From positions 1-41,543 of the forward strand of contig JANPLN010000016.1 of assembly GCA_031426555.1 (NCBI GenBank): a DNA stretch of 41,543 nucleotides. The letters run 5' to 3'. The translations under genes were made by a program, and so were the position numbers. The DNA is from Bdellovibrionales bacterium (GTDB lineage: Bacteria > Bdellovibrionota > Bdellovibrionia > Bdellovibrionales > JAGQZY01). Shown piece by piece: positions 1 through 9,797 of this stretch; positions within the stretch are counted from its first letter, which is position 1, and each line of letters begins with the position of its first letter. The notes under the pieces are model-generated. The model was not told the origin of the DNA and searched no databases. It worked only from the letters and a program-made list of their open reading frames with translations.

Positions 1-874
1 TGATATCGAACCCAACAATGGAATCTTTTTTCGTGAAGCAGCTATAAAGTACCAACCCGTTGATTTCTTCAGCATCAAAGCAGGTGTGATCAATCAGGAC
101 TGGTTAGATATGCCGCTCTTAGTTTTCCGCCAGACATTCCCAGGCGCCAACGCCGAGCTTTCCTACGCAATCTCTGATGAGGCGCGAATTGGTCTTATCT
201 CTCAGTATGCGATCCCAACGTCACAAACGCTGGCTCCACGCACCGTGGGCGCCGAGGCGACGCCAAGTTTTATTACTCAAACTGCCTACGCAAAATGGGA
301 CGATAGAGCTCTTAAAATCAGTCTCACTGGAAATTTATATGAATACAATAATCTTCCAAGCTTCGTAGCCTTCGAAAGTCAAAAGTACGGAAATTCGCTG
401 TATGTTTCCGCTCCTGGCAGTCCTGGCATTATCGGTGGCGTTAACAATTCGCGCTTTAACTATGAGTTTAAAGGTTGGTTTACAACGGCCGACATCAGCT
501 TTCGCTTAAACTCCATGCTCGAGCCACTGGCTAAATTGAACGTGATGAGAAACGAAAAAGCTCCAGAAACTTTTAATGATTCGCAAATCTTCGCTTTGGG
601 CTCTCGAATTCATACCAACGATCATATTTTTACTGTCTTTTATGCAAACTATTTTGCTGAGTCCGATGTGGCCCCCTCTTACTACAATGCGTGGGTCATG
701 GGGAACACCAACGGCAAAGGTGAGGGCGTAGAGCTCTACTGGCAGTTGAAAAAGAAAAATTTCCGTGTGCATGCAGAATACTATCGAACAGATGTAATAA
801 ATCCGGGCGACGATTTACAAGAGAATCAGCAGTACTTTTATTTAGGGGTGGAGACGGGTTATGACAAAATCTAA
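1..874 (+). CDS. Outer-membrane beta-barrel protein (putative porin-like), 5' end outside the window
   Basis: The frame is open from position 2 (DIEPNNGIFFREAAIKYQPVDFFSIKAGVINQD...), so the ORF-track start at 86 is internal. Alternating aromatic/hydrophobic beta-strands, 'GNTNGKG' loop, terminal strand QYFYLGVETGY. Confidence 0.7.
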   Translation, partial: DIEPNNGIFFREAAIKYQPVDFFSIKAGVINQDWLDMPLLVFRQTFPGANAELSYAISDEARIGLISQYAIPTSQTLAPRTVGAEATPSFITQTAYAKWDDRALKISLTGNLYEYNNLPSFVAFESQKYGNSLYVSAPGSPGIIGGVNNSRFNYEFKGWFTTADISFRLNSMLEPLAKLNVMRNEKAPETFNDSQIFALGSRIHTNDHIFTVFYANYFAESDVAPSYYNAWVMGNTNGKGEGVELYWQLKKKNFRVHAEYYRTDVINPGDDLQENQQYFYLGVETGYDKI

Positions 875-3800
875 TATGTTGGTCCAGTTGTGCAAAGCCG
901 TAATGACGCTCTTGCTTTTGAGCTTCGTTGTTTCTTGTGTGAAAGCACAAAAACAAACCAGCGGTCCTGCAACCGATAGCCGTCGAGTTTTTAACTTTTC
1001 GCGCTCGGGCACGACCGTTGATCTTACCGGCTATGCTGCCGACCAGATAGCTTCGCAAAATATTCAAGCACAACGCGTGGCTTTTACCGGAATCATCAGT
1101 GATCAAGCCAACTATGGAAATCGCCGCGAGTATAACCTGTCTATGTGCGGTTTATCTGATGTGCGCATGTCCAGCGCCACCTTAATGGGACAAAAATTTG
1201 AAATCGCCAGTGAATTGGATGTTTATGCAAAACCCGACGGCGGAAAAATAGCCACTGTGCAAAACGACAACTGTTTGTACTGGACGGTCATGCTTCCGTT
1301 TGATCCATTTGCAGGCTCAGTTAATCTCTATGTGAATTTTATTTTTAAAACCATCGGCGGGGCTAAAACGTTTATTCACCGCACGGTTATGTTTAATCCC
1401 TGGGATCAACAGCGTGGTTCCAATCCAGAGTTTTTTGATTTTACAAGATTCCCAATTTCTCCGCAGATGGCTGAACTTCCAATGGCCGTGGGTCAGGATG
1501 AAATCTACCTAGCCTTGTCGGGCGAAGGCAAGTTTTCCGGAACAAACCGCAAACTTGAAATTGGTTCTGTTAACATAATGCCCGTAAAAAAAGACGACAA
1601 GACAGGTCGATACGTTTCTCCAACAAATCCCGATGAGGCAAGAACCTATGTGAACGGTAACAATCTTCCAGTTCAAGATGGGTCAATTCAAGCACTTACT
1701 GAATCTGCGTTTCAAAAAATTCGCGACATTCGCATTTCATCAGCTGAAGAGAACGCGAATGATGCCTCCATCCGTGATTTACAAACACTCGATTTAAACT
1801 TGAATATCCGTCTTTCCGATTTAAAAATTCGTCTGAAAGATTCGGCTGGAGTTGTAAGCTCGCAAAGCGACATGTCGTTACCGACGGGCCAGTATAAAAT
1901 ACATGCTCAACTCGTTCAAAATTCCACAGGCAGCAACGACGGCTCCTATCAGATTATTTCCAGTCGAATTCCATGCACAAGCTCAGATTCAGCCACATTG
2001 GCACCGCGCGCCTATAACACTTCTTGCTATCCATTGTGGAACACTCAGACCATGGGTGTGAATGCCGTGGTGCCTCTCGTTCTCGTGGCTCGTCCTGGGT
2101 GGGGGAATATCAGTCTGGTTTTAAAAGTAGAGCCGATGAGTGTGCCGCTACAGCCTTTCGAAGGAGTTTTTCACCTAGGTTCGTTTGCGGATATCGGCCG
2201 CGGAGCATCGCCGATTTTTGAATTAGGGTCGTTTGATCGAGATAATCAGGGAAATCTTTCATTCAATTTTGATAAGTATCTTCAAGGTGCGTCCAATCAT
2301 ACGCAGTGGCTTGCTGGTCATCCAGAAACTGGAATTGATGCTGGTGGAACTACGGAGCGTGGGTTCCGTCGATTTCGCTTCACACATTTAGATGTGCTTT
2401 TTAGTCGCGTCGTTCCTGGTGATACGTCGACAGATCGAACAATTCAGTACACGGTTAAGACGTGTCTTCAAGACACTTTCTTTGGTAATGCGCCTCAATC
2501 AGGGCTTCGTTTTAATATTGAGACAGAAGATCGTGGCATTAAAACAAAAATTGAACATAGAACCGATGATCAAGGATGCTTAGCTTGGGTTGGGATGATC
2601 TCGCATAAATATTATCAGCGTGAAAAGCTAATCCCTAAGGAGTCAACTTTGACTTTCCTGGGCGAGGGGACCAGAGGCCAGGTACAAAAATTAAAGTACT
2701 ACATCAATCCATGGGATGAAAAGTTCACCTTCGGACGAGATGAGAGAGTTCTTCCGCAATACTACATCGATCAAATTAATCGTGGGCAAGCCGTGGCGCC
2801 ACCGACACGCTTGCTCGTAACTGATTTTAAGTATGACGCCATCGGTTTCCGCTACGTGGTCGACAAGTACATGAACCTGACGGTAAAGAAAACAGTTCTG
2901 TTGGATCTGAAGCCTAAGGTTCTTAAATATAATAGTATTATTTGGGGACGAAGTGGTTTTGGTGAACTTCGCGATGGAATTTATCTTTTAAAAGTCGCCA
3001 TGCAAAAGGATTATTTAGATCCTGCAGCACCTAACAGGCGCATCTCCTATAATAAAGATACTGGGGAAACGACCATTCCCTACAATACTGACGACAGCGA
3101 AACAAAACGAGTTTTTATCACGATTAAGGAAGTTCTCGTTCGTGTTCTCGGCGGTCACATCGTAACGCCGATCGAATTCGATATTAATGATTTAAGAACA
3201 TTGCGTTTACGGTCGCAAATGTTTATTCAACTAGAAACAATTGATGAAATGCTTCTTCGCGCCGTGATGATGATCGATGGCCAATTGACTGGCAGAATGA
3301 ATTCTTCGACAACTTTGACTTTGGATGTGCGTAATCGCCAGATGACTGACGATCAGTTGTCGACCGAAATTGATGCCTTACTGTTGCAAGCTAAAAATTT
3401 GGCCGATCAAAGAGAAATTCAACAACGAATCGAAAAACTTCGATCACAACAGAGTGATAACTTAGAAAAGTTGCGTGGATTATTGTCACGATTGGATCGT
3501 GGTACGGCTATGGCTGTACTTGCAGATATTGAAAGAATCGGTAGAGATGGTGATCAGACGGTTGAGTCGGTTCAAGGTAACGTGCGTCGCCGCGCGCTTG
3601 AGGAATTTAATGATGTTATAAAAAAAGTGGCCCTTGCCTACGCCAACACGGGAGTTATGCAAAGACGAAGCGTTCGTGATAGCTATGCGCAAGAAAAACT
3701 CGCACAGTGTCGAGTCATGCAGCAACGCTTAGTAAGTCAAGGCGAACAACAGACTGCCGCTTTATTTGATCCCAATGCGCCGAACACTTTATGTCCTCTG

Positions 3801-6266
3801 GATATTCCTGAAGACCAAATGTTTTATTATTTAACTTCAAGAACAGACATTGGGTCAGAGCGCTGGCTTGCTGAGATTTTAACTCCGCAGGAACTAGCAA
3901 GATTTAACAACAGTTTGTTTCCTGGTCACAGTGGCGATATCAATGAAGAAATGGTCAATGTGCTCTATGATGATTTTACGGGAGCTTATCGACCCAATTA
4001 CGATTTTAATTTGTTATCGAATCAAGGTGACGAATTAGCAAAAGACATCGATCCAAAGTCCGTATCTGGACTTTCTCGTCGAACTTTTATGGGACCGGTA
4101 ACTTTTGTACTGAATGGAAATAGCTCTGCCATGCGTCCCACAGATGTTTTAGATGAGGCCAGTTGCGGCAGAACTTGTGAGCAGCTCGCCGATATCGACA
4201 TCGTTGAATCCATCGCGGCAGGAGCTTCGCAGGAAGTGATTAATACCATTCGCAACTACGGAAACGATGTGAATGAGGCCTACGAAAAGAATCCATACTT
4301 TGGCTACGTAGGTCAGTTCTATAAAAAGCAGGTAGACGACCTGATACCTATGTACCACGGTGTGCAAAGAATTTACCGCGAAGAAATGGAAGCTTTCTCG
4401 AAGGACGGCTATTTTGTTGATTCATTGATGTTGGATCATGTGCGTCTTACCAATCCAAATCCTGAGTCTTTAAAGACGATGGATGTAAATTGTTATGCAA
4501 ATTGGAAAGATGAAATCGAAAAACTTTATGTGCAGTGGCGTGATCTCAATCAGGAAACACTCATTAATATTAATATTCCGCGCATTCCTGAAAGTTGCTT
4601 TAAGCCAACGACTCGCTCGGTGACGCCGCAATCATTTATGGATCGAGTGAATGCCGTTGTACCACCTCCGCCCTCAAAGTCGCTACCTCTCACGAATATG
4701 AGACGTTGGGACGTTATAAGTGCGAACAATGATCCCTACTATTTTATTCGTCCAACCAACGACTACGACTACGAAGGTAATCTTGTTTCCGGCGTGGAGA
4801 TGAAAGAGTTTGCCAAGAACGGTTTGCGTTCAGTGAAATTAAGCCTAGGAGCGAAAGAAAAAATTCTTCATCACTTGTGCTATTTGACGAGAGAAACAGT
4901 GTCTCCACAGGGCGATATGGTTCGACAAATTTATTTAGACCTCTTAAACCAGAACAAAATTTCCGGACGTCCTCAGGGAGTAGATTTTTCTGAATTCTTA
5001 AAAAAGAAATTAGATCGAATGGAAAAAAGATGTCATGGACATGTAGCCAGCTACTTAAATAGCATTAAATCAGCTGGTAAAATGACTCCGAAAGCTCAGG
5101 CGGTTTTGATGTCGAGCTTAGCGAAACATTTGCCGTTTAATTTAGAAAGACGTGTTCGAGTGCTTGATACGACAAATCGGTACATGTACCAGGACGGTAA
5201 AACCCTTAACTATTCGGTGAGCAAGAGCTTTGGGATCGATGGCGGATTCCGTACCGGCCGTGGTCGCAAGATGGAATTTGACGGTGACAAAATTTTAAAT
5301 GGACTCTCCGCTGGAGCAGCAGGTGCCGCTACTGGTGCCGCTATAACTGCTTGGCTAGGACCTGGAGCATTGCTGGGCGCTGCCGTTGGCGGTGCTACAG
5401 GGCTCGTAACAGGAATTATCGGGGCTGGTAGTGGTATGGTTGGATTGAACATTGAATGGACTGAAGGCGATGGAATGAGTACCAGTAATGGAACGGGCGT
5501 AAGCTCGGGGACAACATTGGCAGCTCAGATTTCTACGCTTGATATCGAACTCGCTCAGTTTGAAAAATGTATGGTGTTAAAGCCATCGACGGAATTTTTA
5601 GTAGAGACGAGAAAAGATATTGACGGAGAATTGGACGAAGAAGGATTCTGGGAAGGTTTTTGGCCGAGTTCGGACAACAGTCGATCAGACACTTTCAAAT
5701 CATATCGTTTTATTAAGGATTTTAAGAAGGCAGGTTATTTTGTATGTTCTGGCGAAATCCAGACAGAAGATGACCTCAACGTAGGAAACACTTTACGTGT
5801 TCGTGAAAGCTACTACTACTTCACGCAGATCTTTAATGACGGAGATATGCAGGATCCAGGTGAGCTTGTGAACCATCCGTGGATGCTTATGCTTAGAGGG
5901 CAAAGAGACTTCGCGGCGTTTGAACAAGCGTTGATGATACCTCAACAGCTCGATTGGGGCATCGCAAGGAACCAACAGACGAATGATTTGGGACTGAGCT
6001 CATTAACAGCCAGTGATCGTGTGAACGGGCGAGACTTTCACAATATGCCCACTTTCAATCGACCTGAGGATACTGAAGTGGTAGGTCCCAATGATATTTC
6101 GAAGGCTTTGGATATGATGCAGAAGGGGTTTGAAAGCGCCCTTCCAGCAGTGCCAGGAATGTTCACTTTCTCTGATTATGAAACGGATGGCGTAACAGGG
6201 TGGCCGCAAGTGCCGAAGGCACCGCGTGCAACACCACAATACAAAGGCCCCCGCGGGGGACGCTAA
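861..6266 (+). CDS. Giant (1801 aa) hypothetical lipoprotein
   Basis: Long ORF overlapping the upstream gene by 14 nt, with a GGGG/GGAG RBS. Signal peptide with lipobox VVSC. Two homologous domains ending in NPWD, a central coiled-coil-like region and a Gly-zipper segment near the C-terminus. Confidence 0.85.
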   Translation: MTKSNMLVQLCKAVMTLLLLSFVVSCVKAQKQTSGPATDSRRVFNFSRSGTTVDLTGYAADQIASQNIQAQRVAFTGIISDQANYGNRREYNLSMCGLSDVRMSSATLMGQKFEIASELDVYAKPDGGKIATVQNDNCLYWTVMLPFDPFAGSVNLYVNFIFKTIGGAKTFIHRTVMFNPWDQQRGSNPEFFDFTRFPISPQMAELPMAVGQDEIYLALSGEGKFSGTNRKLEIGSVNIMPVKKDDKTGRYVSPTNPDEARTYVNGNNLPVQDGSIQALTESAFQKIRDIRISSAEENANDASIRDLQTLDLNLNIRLSDLKIRLKDSAGVVSSQSDMSLPTGQYKIHAQLVQNSTGSNDGSYQIISSRIPCTSSDSATLAPRAYNTSCYPLWNTQTMGVNAVVPLVLVARPGWGNISLVLKVEPMSVPLQPFEGVFHLGSFADIGRGASPIFELGSFDRDNQGNLSFNFDKYLQGASNHTQWLAGHPETGIDAGGTTERGFRRFRFTHLDVLFSRVVPGDTSTDRTIQYTVKTCLQDTFFGNAPQSGLRFNIETEDRGIKTKIEHRTDDQGCLAWVGMISHKYYQREKLIPKESTLTFLGEGTRGQVQKLKYYINPWDEKFTFGRDERVLPQYYIDQINRGQAVAPPTRLLVTDFKYDAIGFRYVVDKYMNLTVKKTVLLDLKPKVLKYNSIIWGRSGFGELRDGIYLLKVAMQKDYLDPAAPNRRISYNKDTGETTIPYNTDDSETKRVFITIKEVLVRVLGGHIVTPIEFDINDLRTLRLRSQMFIQLETIDEMLLRAVMMIDGQLTGRMNSSTTLTLDVRNRQMTDDQLSTEIDALLLQAKNLADQREIQQRIEKLRSQQSDNLEKLRGLLSRLDRGTAMAVLADIERIGRDGDQTVESVQGNVRRRALEEFNDVIKKVALAYANTGVMQRRSVRDSYAQEKLAQCRVMQQRLVSQGEQQTAALFDPNAPNTLCPLDIPEDQMFYYLTSRTDIGSERWLAEILTPQELARFNNSLFPGHSGDINEEMVNVLYDDFTGAYRPNYDFNLLSNQGDELAKDIDPKSVSGLSRRTFMGPVTFVLNGNSSAMRPTDVLDEASCGRTCEQLADIDIVESIAAGASQEVINTIRNYGNDVNEAYEKNPYFGYVGQFYKKQVDDLIPMYHGVQRIYREEMEAFSKDGYFVDSLMLDHVRLTNPNPESLKTMDVNCYANWKDEIEKLYVQWRDLNQETLININIPRIPESCFKPTTRSVTPQSFMDRVNAVVPPPPSKSLPLTNMRRWDVISANNDPYYFIRPTNDYDYEGNLVSGVEMKEFAKNGLRSVKLSLGAKEKILHHLCYLTRETVSPQGDMVRQIYLDLLNQNKISGRPQGVDFSEFLKKKLDRMEKRCHGHVASYLNSIKSAGKMTPKAQAVLMSSLAKHLPFNLERRVRVLDTTNRYMYQDGKTLNYSVSKSFGIDGGFRTGRGRKMEFDGDKILNGLSAGAAGAATGAAITAWLGPGALLGAAVGGATGLVTGIIGAGSGMVGLNIEWTEGDGMSTSNGTGVSSGTTLAAQISTLDIELAQFEKCMVLKPSTEFLVETRKDIDGELDEEGFWEGFWPSSDNSRSDTFKSYRFIKDFKKAGYFVCSGEIQTEDDLNVGNTLRVRESYYYFTQIFNDGDMQDPGELVNHPWMLMLRGQRDFAAFEQALMIPQQLDWGIARNQQTNDLGLSSLTASDRVNGRDFHNMPTFNRPEDTEVVGPNDISKALDMMQKGFESALPAVPGMFTFSDYETDGVTGWPQVPKAPRATPQYKGPRGGR

Positions 6267-6269
6267 GCC

Positions 6270-7421
6270 GTGACAGCCGACAAGGGCCCAGTGCCGCTGA
6301 GCCCTGATGAAAAATTCTTTCTTGTTGTAACGCCGGGCTTTGAGCGCCTGGCGCTTTACGAGCTCCATAGACATTTAGTTCGACAGCTTCCCGAGTGGCA
6401 GGGGGAACCTGTGCTTTTTGCGGGCGGCGTGGAAGTTTTGCTGCCGCTTTCACTGGGGTTGAATCTCAATCGGCATTTAAGAATTCCCACGCGCGTGCTT
6501 TTGCGAATTGCTTCGCAAAAAGACATCCTCCTTTATCAAGACATGCAAAAATGGCTGCGGACGTTGGATATCAAAAAATATTTTCCTTACGGAGAGATTT
6601 ATGTGTCCACTCGCAGCTCAAAGCTAAAGATGAAGGACAAGATTAAAAACGTCTTTGCCAACAGCTTTCAGTTTCAAACCAAACCAAAAGGCCCCGATGT
6701 GTACATTCGCTTTTTTCGCGACGAGTGCACGGTGAGTTTAGACACGACAGGGGATGAACTTTTTCGTCGCGGGCAGGACAAATGGATTGGCGAGGCGCCG
6801 ATTCGCGAAACCATGGCGGCGGCACTGCTTCAGCTGACTAGCCAAGGGATTGAGGATTTTTCCCAGTGGGCATTCTTAGATCCGATGATGGGCAGTGGCA
6901 CGCTGTTATTAGAGGCGGCGCAAATGCATCAACCCTTACAGCGTGAGTTCTCCTTTGAAAATTGGATTCATTCCATTGGTACGAGGCCAGGCACTTCCGC
7001 GGTAGCTGTGCCTCCCAACATTGAAGCACCGATTGAGCAAAAATCCTTTGCGAAAATCTACGGCCGCGATATTGAGAAACAAAACCTGGAAATTGCAAAA
7101 AACAATACGAGTGGATTTGCAAAATCACTTTTTGAACTGCGCTGCGAAGATTTGTTTCGTGGACAAGTAGAGGTGTTGCACAAACCATTGATGGTTTTAA
7201 TCAATCCACCCTATGGCAAACGCCTAAAAATTAAAAATGAGAATTTTTTCGATGATCTTTTGGAGACAATTATTCAACGATTTTCTCCACAGCGCATTGG
7301 GGTGATCGTTCCTCGTGGAAAACAAATAAAAAAACCTGCTCGCTATGAGCAGGTTCGTTATTTAGAGTTTTCCAATAATGGAATCGACGTGCACTTTCAC
7401 GTCTTACTGGCTGGCTCCTGA
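6270..7421 (+). CDS. THUMP-domain class I SAM-dependent RNA methyltransferase (RlmL/m2G2445-like)
   Basis: Motifs LRIPTRVL, SLDTTGDELFRRG, APIRETMAAALL, DPMMGSGTLLLEAA and NPPYGKRL match RlmL-type N2-guanine methyltransferases. Confidence 0.85.
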   Translation: MTADKGPVPLSPDEKFFLVVTPGFERLALYELHRHLVRQLPEWQGEPVLFAGGVEVLLPLSLGLNLNRHLRIPTRVLLRIASQKDILLYQDMQKWLRTLDIKKYFPYGEIYVSTRSSKLKMKDKIKNVFANSFQFQTKPKGPDVYIRFFRDECTVSLDTTGDELFRRGQDKWIGEAPIRETMAAALLQLTSQGIEDFSQWAFLDPMMGSGTLLLEAAQMHQPLQREFSFENWIHSIGTRPGTSAVAVPPNIEAPIEQKSFAKIYGRDIEKQNLEIAKNNTSGFAKSLFELRCEDLFRGQVEVLHKPLMVLINPPYGKRLKIKNENFFDDLLETIIQRFSPQRIGVIVPRGKQIKKPARYEQVRYLEFSNNGIDVHFHVLLAGS

Positions 7422-8342
7422 AGGACCCTCGCCATGGCCGCCACCTTGGTCAGCGCCGTGTCCTGCACCGTCATTTGTGCCTTCGCCCACTTCGCGTTCG
7501 CCGGTCGTGCCGCCATTGCTGTTCCCACCATTGTTGTTGCCACCATTGTTTGATCCGCCACCGCGATCATTGTCGTCGTCTCGTCCGCGATCAGGAACAA
7601 TGCCGCGACAGTCTGCATCCACATGCTGCCACAGATTACAGCGGCGATAAACCGTCTCGCAAGCTCGTACGCGGATCTCTTCGAAGGAGTCGTCATTACA
7701 AAACAAAACATTTCTGCGGTTATTGCGGCGCCAAGATTTGGTGCGCTCTGCCAAGCTATGGTCTTTCCAACTTCCATTGAGTCTTGGAAGAATTGTTGTG
7801 CTTGGGTATGCATTCTGATACTTGGATTTGAAACTGCAATAGCCGGCAGTGAGGATTCCCAAAATCGCCAGACGCTTTTTACTGCTGCCACGCAATCTAT
7901 AGGGGGACTGAGCTGCGGCGCTTAAATAAGAGTTAATGTATTGAGGCGAAAACGAAACGCCTTTTACGCAACCGGTGCAGTTGCTATTGCCATCGGCCAC
8001 GAACGCGCGTTCAATACAACTTTGTGCAGGCGCCTGAGGTTGCGGTGCGGGAGCCGGCTGATTGTAAGTTGGCTGTGTTGGGTTTTTATCAGATCCGCCT
8101 GAGTAATCAGGTTGTGGTTCTTCCGCGGGATAATCCTCTTGAAGTGTTGGATCTTCTCCGCTGGAATCAATCGGTGTTCCTTGGTTTGTTCCTGCGGGCA
8201 ATCGATCTGGAAAATCGACAACAGTGACATGCGGTTCGTTCCATGCGCTCCACCAATAATTTCCATCGGCAAGAGGAATAAAACAACTGGCAGCGATAGT
8301 GCTCACAGTCAATCCAGCAACGAAGAACATTTTCTTTTTCAT
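7404..8342 (-). CDS. Exported/lipoprotein hypothetical protein with Pro/Gln-rich linker, Cys-rich core and Gly/Asn-rich tail
   Basis: MKKK plus hydrophobic stretch plus AASC; GGGG RBS upstream; 8 further Cys residues; low-complexity N- and C-terminal regions. Confidence 0.75.
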   Translation of the reverse strand: MKKKMFFVAGLTVSTIAASCFIPLADGNYWWSAWNEPHVTVVDFPDRLPAGTNQGTPIDSSGEDPTLQEDYPAEEPQPDYSGGSDKNPTQPTYNQPAPAPQPQAPAQSCIERAFVADGNSNCTGCVKGVSFSPQYINSYLSAAAQSPYRLRGSSKKRLAILGILTAGYCSFKSKYQNAYPSTTILPRLNGSWKDHSLAERTKSWRRNNRRNVLFCNDDSFEEIRVRACETVYRRCNLWQHVDADCRGIVPDRGRDDDNDRGGGSNNGGNNNGGNSNGGTTGEREVGEGTNDGAGHGADQGGGHGEGPSGASQ

Positions 8343-8380
8343 AAAGACCCCTTTAGGATTTATAAAATATCCACATCAGT

Positions 8381-8408
8381 TTATCGGAGATTGAAGCGAA
8401 AATATTGA
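8381..8408 (-). promoter_or_regulatory. Putative sigma-28 (FliA)-type promoter
   Basis: Minus strand reads TCAAT-N15-TCCGATAA (consensus TAAA-N15-GCCGATAA), about 40 nt upstream of the ATG at 8342. Confidence 0.45.
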
Positions 8409-8435
8409 AAAATACGAGGAGAACTCGATCTTCAT

Positions 8436-8464
8436 CTAGGACCCCCTTTGGGCGAGGGTCCTAG
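8436..8464 (-). terminator. Hairpin overlapping the DedA stop codon
   Basis: CTAGGACCC...GGGTCCTAG 9-bp inverted repeat; no clear U-tract. Confidence 0.35.
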
Positions 8465-9117
8465 GGGGTGGAGAGTTTGCGATCGGCGAGGTACCTGCGA
8501 CCAAAGTAAATAACGACGACGAGGACGATGGCGATAAAAAGATACAACTTAAAAGGACGCATCTTCATAAGAATCTCGCGACCATAGAACGAAACAAGCA
8601 GGACCTGGGTGGGCACAGAAAAGAGCGCAGCGGTTCCGTCGACAAGCAGGAAAACCCAAGGTTTTACCCCGAGAGCGCCACACATCAAGTGCCCGGGGAA
8701 GCGCACTCCAGGAATAAATCGAAAGACTCCCGGTGCGAAGTGTCCGTATTTTTGCACCCAAGCGCGAACTTTGACCATCTTATCATCGGGGAAATATTTT
8801 TTAAGACGTTGCGAATTGATGATTTGGGTCCCAAAGTATTTTCCCATGGAAAAAATAAAGTAATCGGTGACAATCACACTGGCAAAAGTCACCGCGGCGA
8901 GAGTGTAGGGATCCGTTGAAACAGCCCCGGGATACGGAGGTGGATACTCTTGTGGGTTGAGCGCCATGTGGCCAACCAGGCCCGCCGAAACAATGACAAC
9001 TTCCTCGGGGATTGGAACTCCCAATGCGCAAATACACATAAACCCAAAGATTGCCGCATAGACAATGTGAGGTTGGTAAACGTACTGCGCAAAAAAATCG
9101 AGGATCTGTTGTTCCAT
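8461..9117 (-). CDS. DedA family membrane protein
   Basis: Motifs GVPIPEEVVIVSAG, D..F.MGK.FG and RFIPGVR; several TM helices. Confidence 0.92.
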   Translation of the reverse strand: MEQQILDFFAQYVYQPHIVYAAIFGFMCICALGVPIPEEVVIVSAGLVGHMALNPQEYPPPYPGAVSTDPYTLAAVTFASVIVTDYFIFSMGKYFGTQIINSQRLKKYFPDDKMVKVRAWVQKYGHFAPGVFRFIPGVRFPGHLMCGALGVKPWVFLLVDGTAALFSVPTQVLLVSFYGREILMKMRPFKLYLFIAIVLVVVIYFGRRYLADRKLSTP

Positions 9118-9120
9118 TGA

Positions 9121-9693
9121 TTATTTTTTCCGAATCGACAAAATCATTACAGGCTCTGTGGGAACATTCTCATGGCCCCCTTTGGTTCCTGTAGCCACTT
9201 TGGCGATGGTGTCCATTACTTCTAAGCCTTTAGTCACTTTTCCAAAAACAGCGTAACCAAACGTCTGCATGCCCGGCCCTGTATGGTTTAGAAAATCGTT
9301 GTCCACCAAATTGATAAAAAACTGGCTGGAGGCGCTGTCCACAACCATTGTGCGAGCCATGGCCAAAGTGCCGCGCGTGTTTTTTAGTTCCGCAGTGGCT
9401 TCGTTTTTAATTTCTGCTTTGGTTTGTTTCTGTTTCATATCGGAGGTGAAGCCACCTCCTTGAATCATAAAACTTGGAATGACTCTGTGGAAAATGGTGT
9501 TGTCGTAAAACTTTTCCTCTGTGTAAGCCATAAAATTTTTAACGGTGATCGGTGCTTTGTCGAGCCAGAGTTCGGCTTCGATAGGCCCTTTGTTGGTTTC
9601 GATAACAACGGTAGGATTAGACATTTTTTTTGCTCCTTGAGGGGGTTGTGCGGCGAACGAAAAAACAAGGGTGAAAATCAGACTGTTTAGCAT
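9121..9693 (-). CDS. Cyclophilin-type peptidyl-prolyl cis-trans isomerase, probably exported
   Basis: APITVKNF, FYDNTIFHRVIPSFMIQGGG, GTLAMART, SQFFIN, GYAVFGKV; N-terminal signal-like segment. Confidence 0.95.
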   Translation of the reverse strand: MLNSLIFTLVFSFAAQPPQGAKKMSNPTVVIETNKGPIEAELWLDKAPITVKNFMAYTEEKFYDNTIFHRVIPSFMIQGGGFTSDMKQKQTKAEIKNEATAELKNTRGTLAMARTMVVDSASSQFFINLVDNDFLNHTGPGMQTFGYAVFGKVTKGLEVMDTIAKVATGTKGGHENVPTEPVMILSIRKK

Positions 9694-9797
9694 CTTGCTA
9701 AGGTAAACAGATTCGGTGTTTTTGACATCAAAAAATTGACGGTGTCAGAATATTGACTCAGCAAGCTAGCGTTTGTATTGCTGCGAGTGCGGAATTT

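Noticed and set aside
7397..7891. Alternative-frame 164-aa ORF suggesting a frameshift in the 312-aa gene
   Set aside because: The 312-aa frame is uninterrupted and coherent. The alternative frame reads as a shadow of low-complexity codons.
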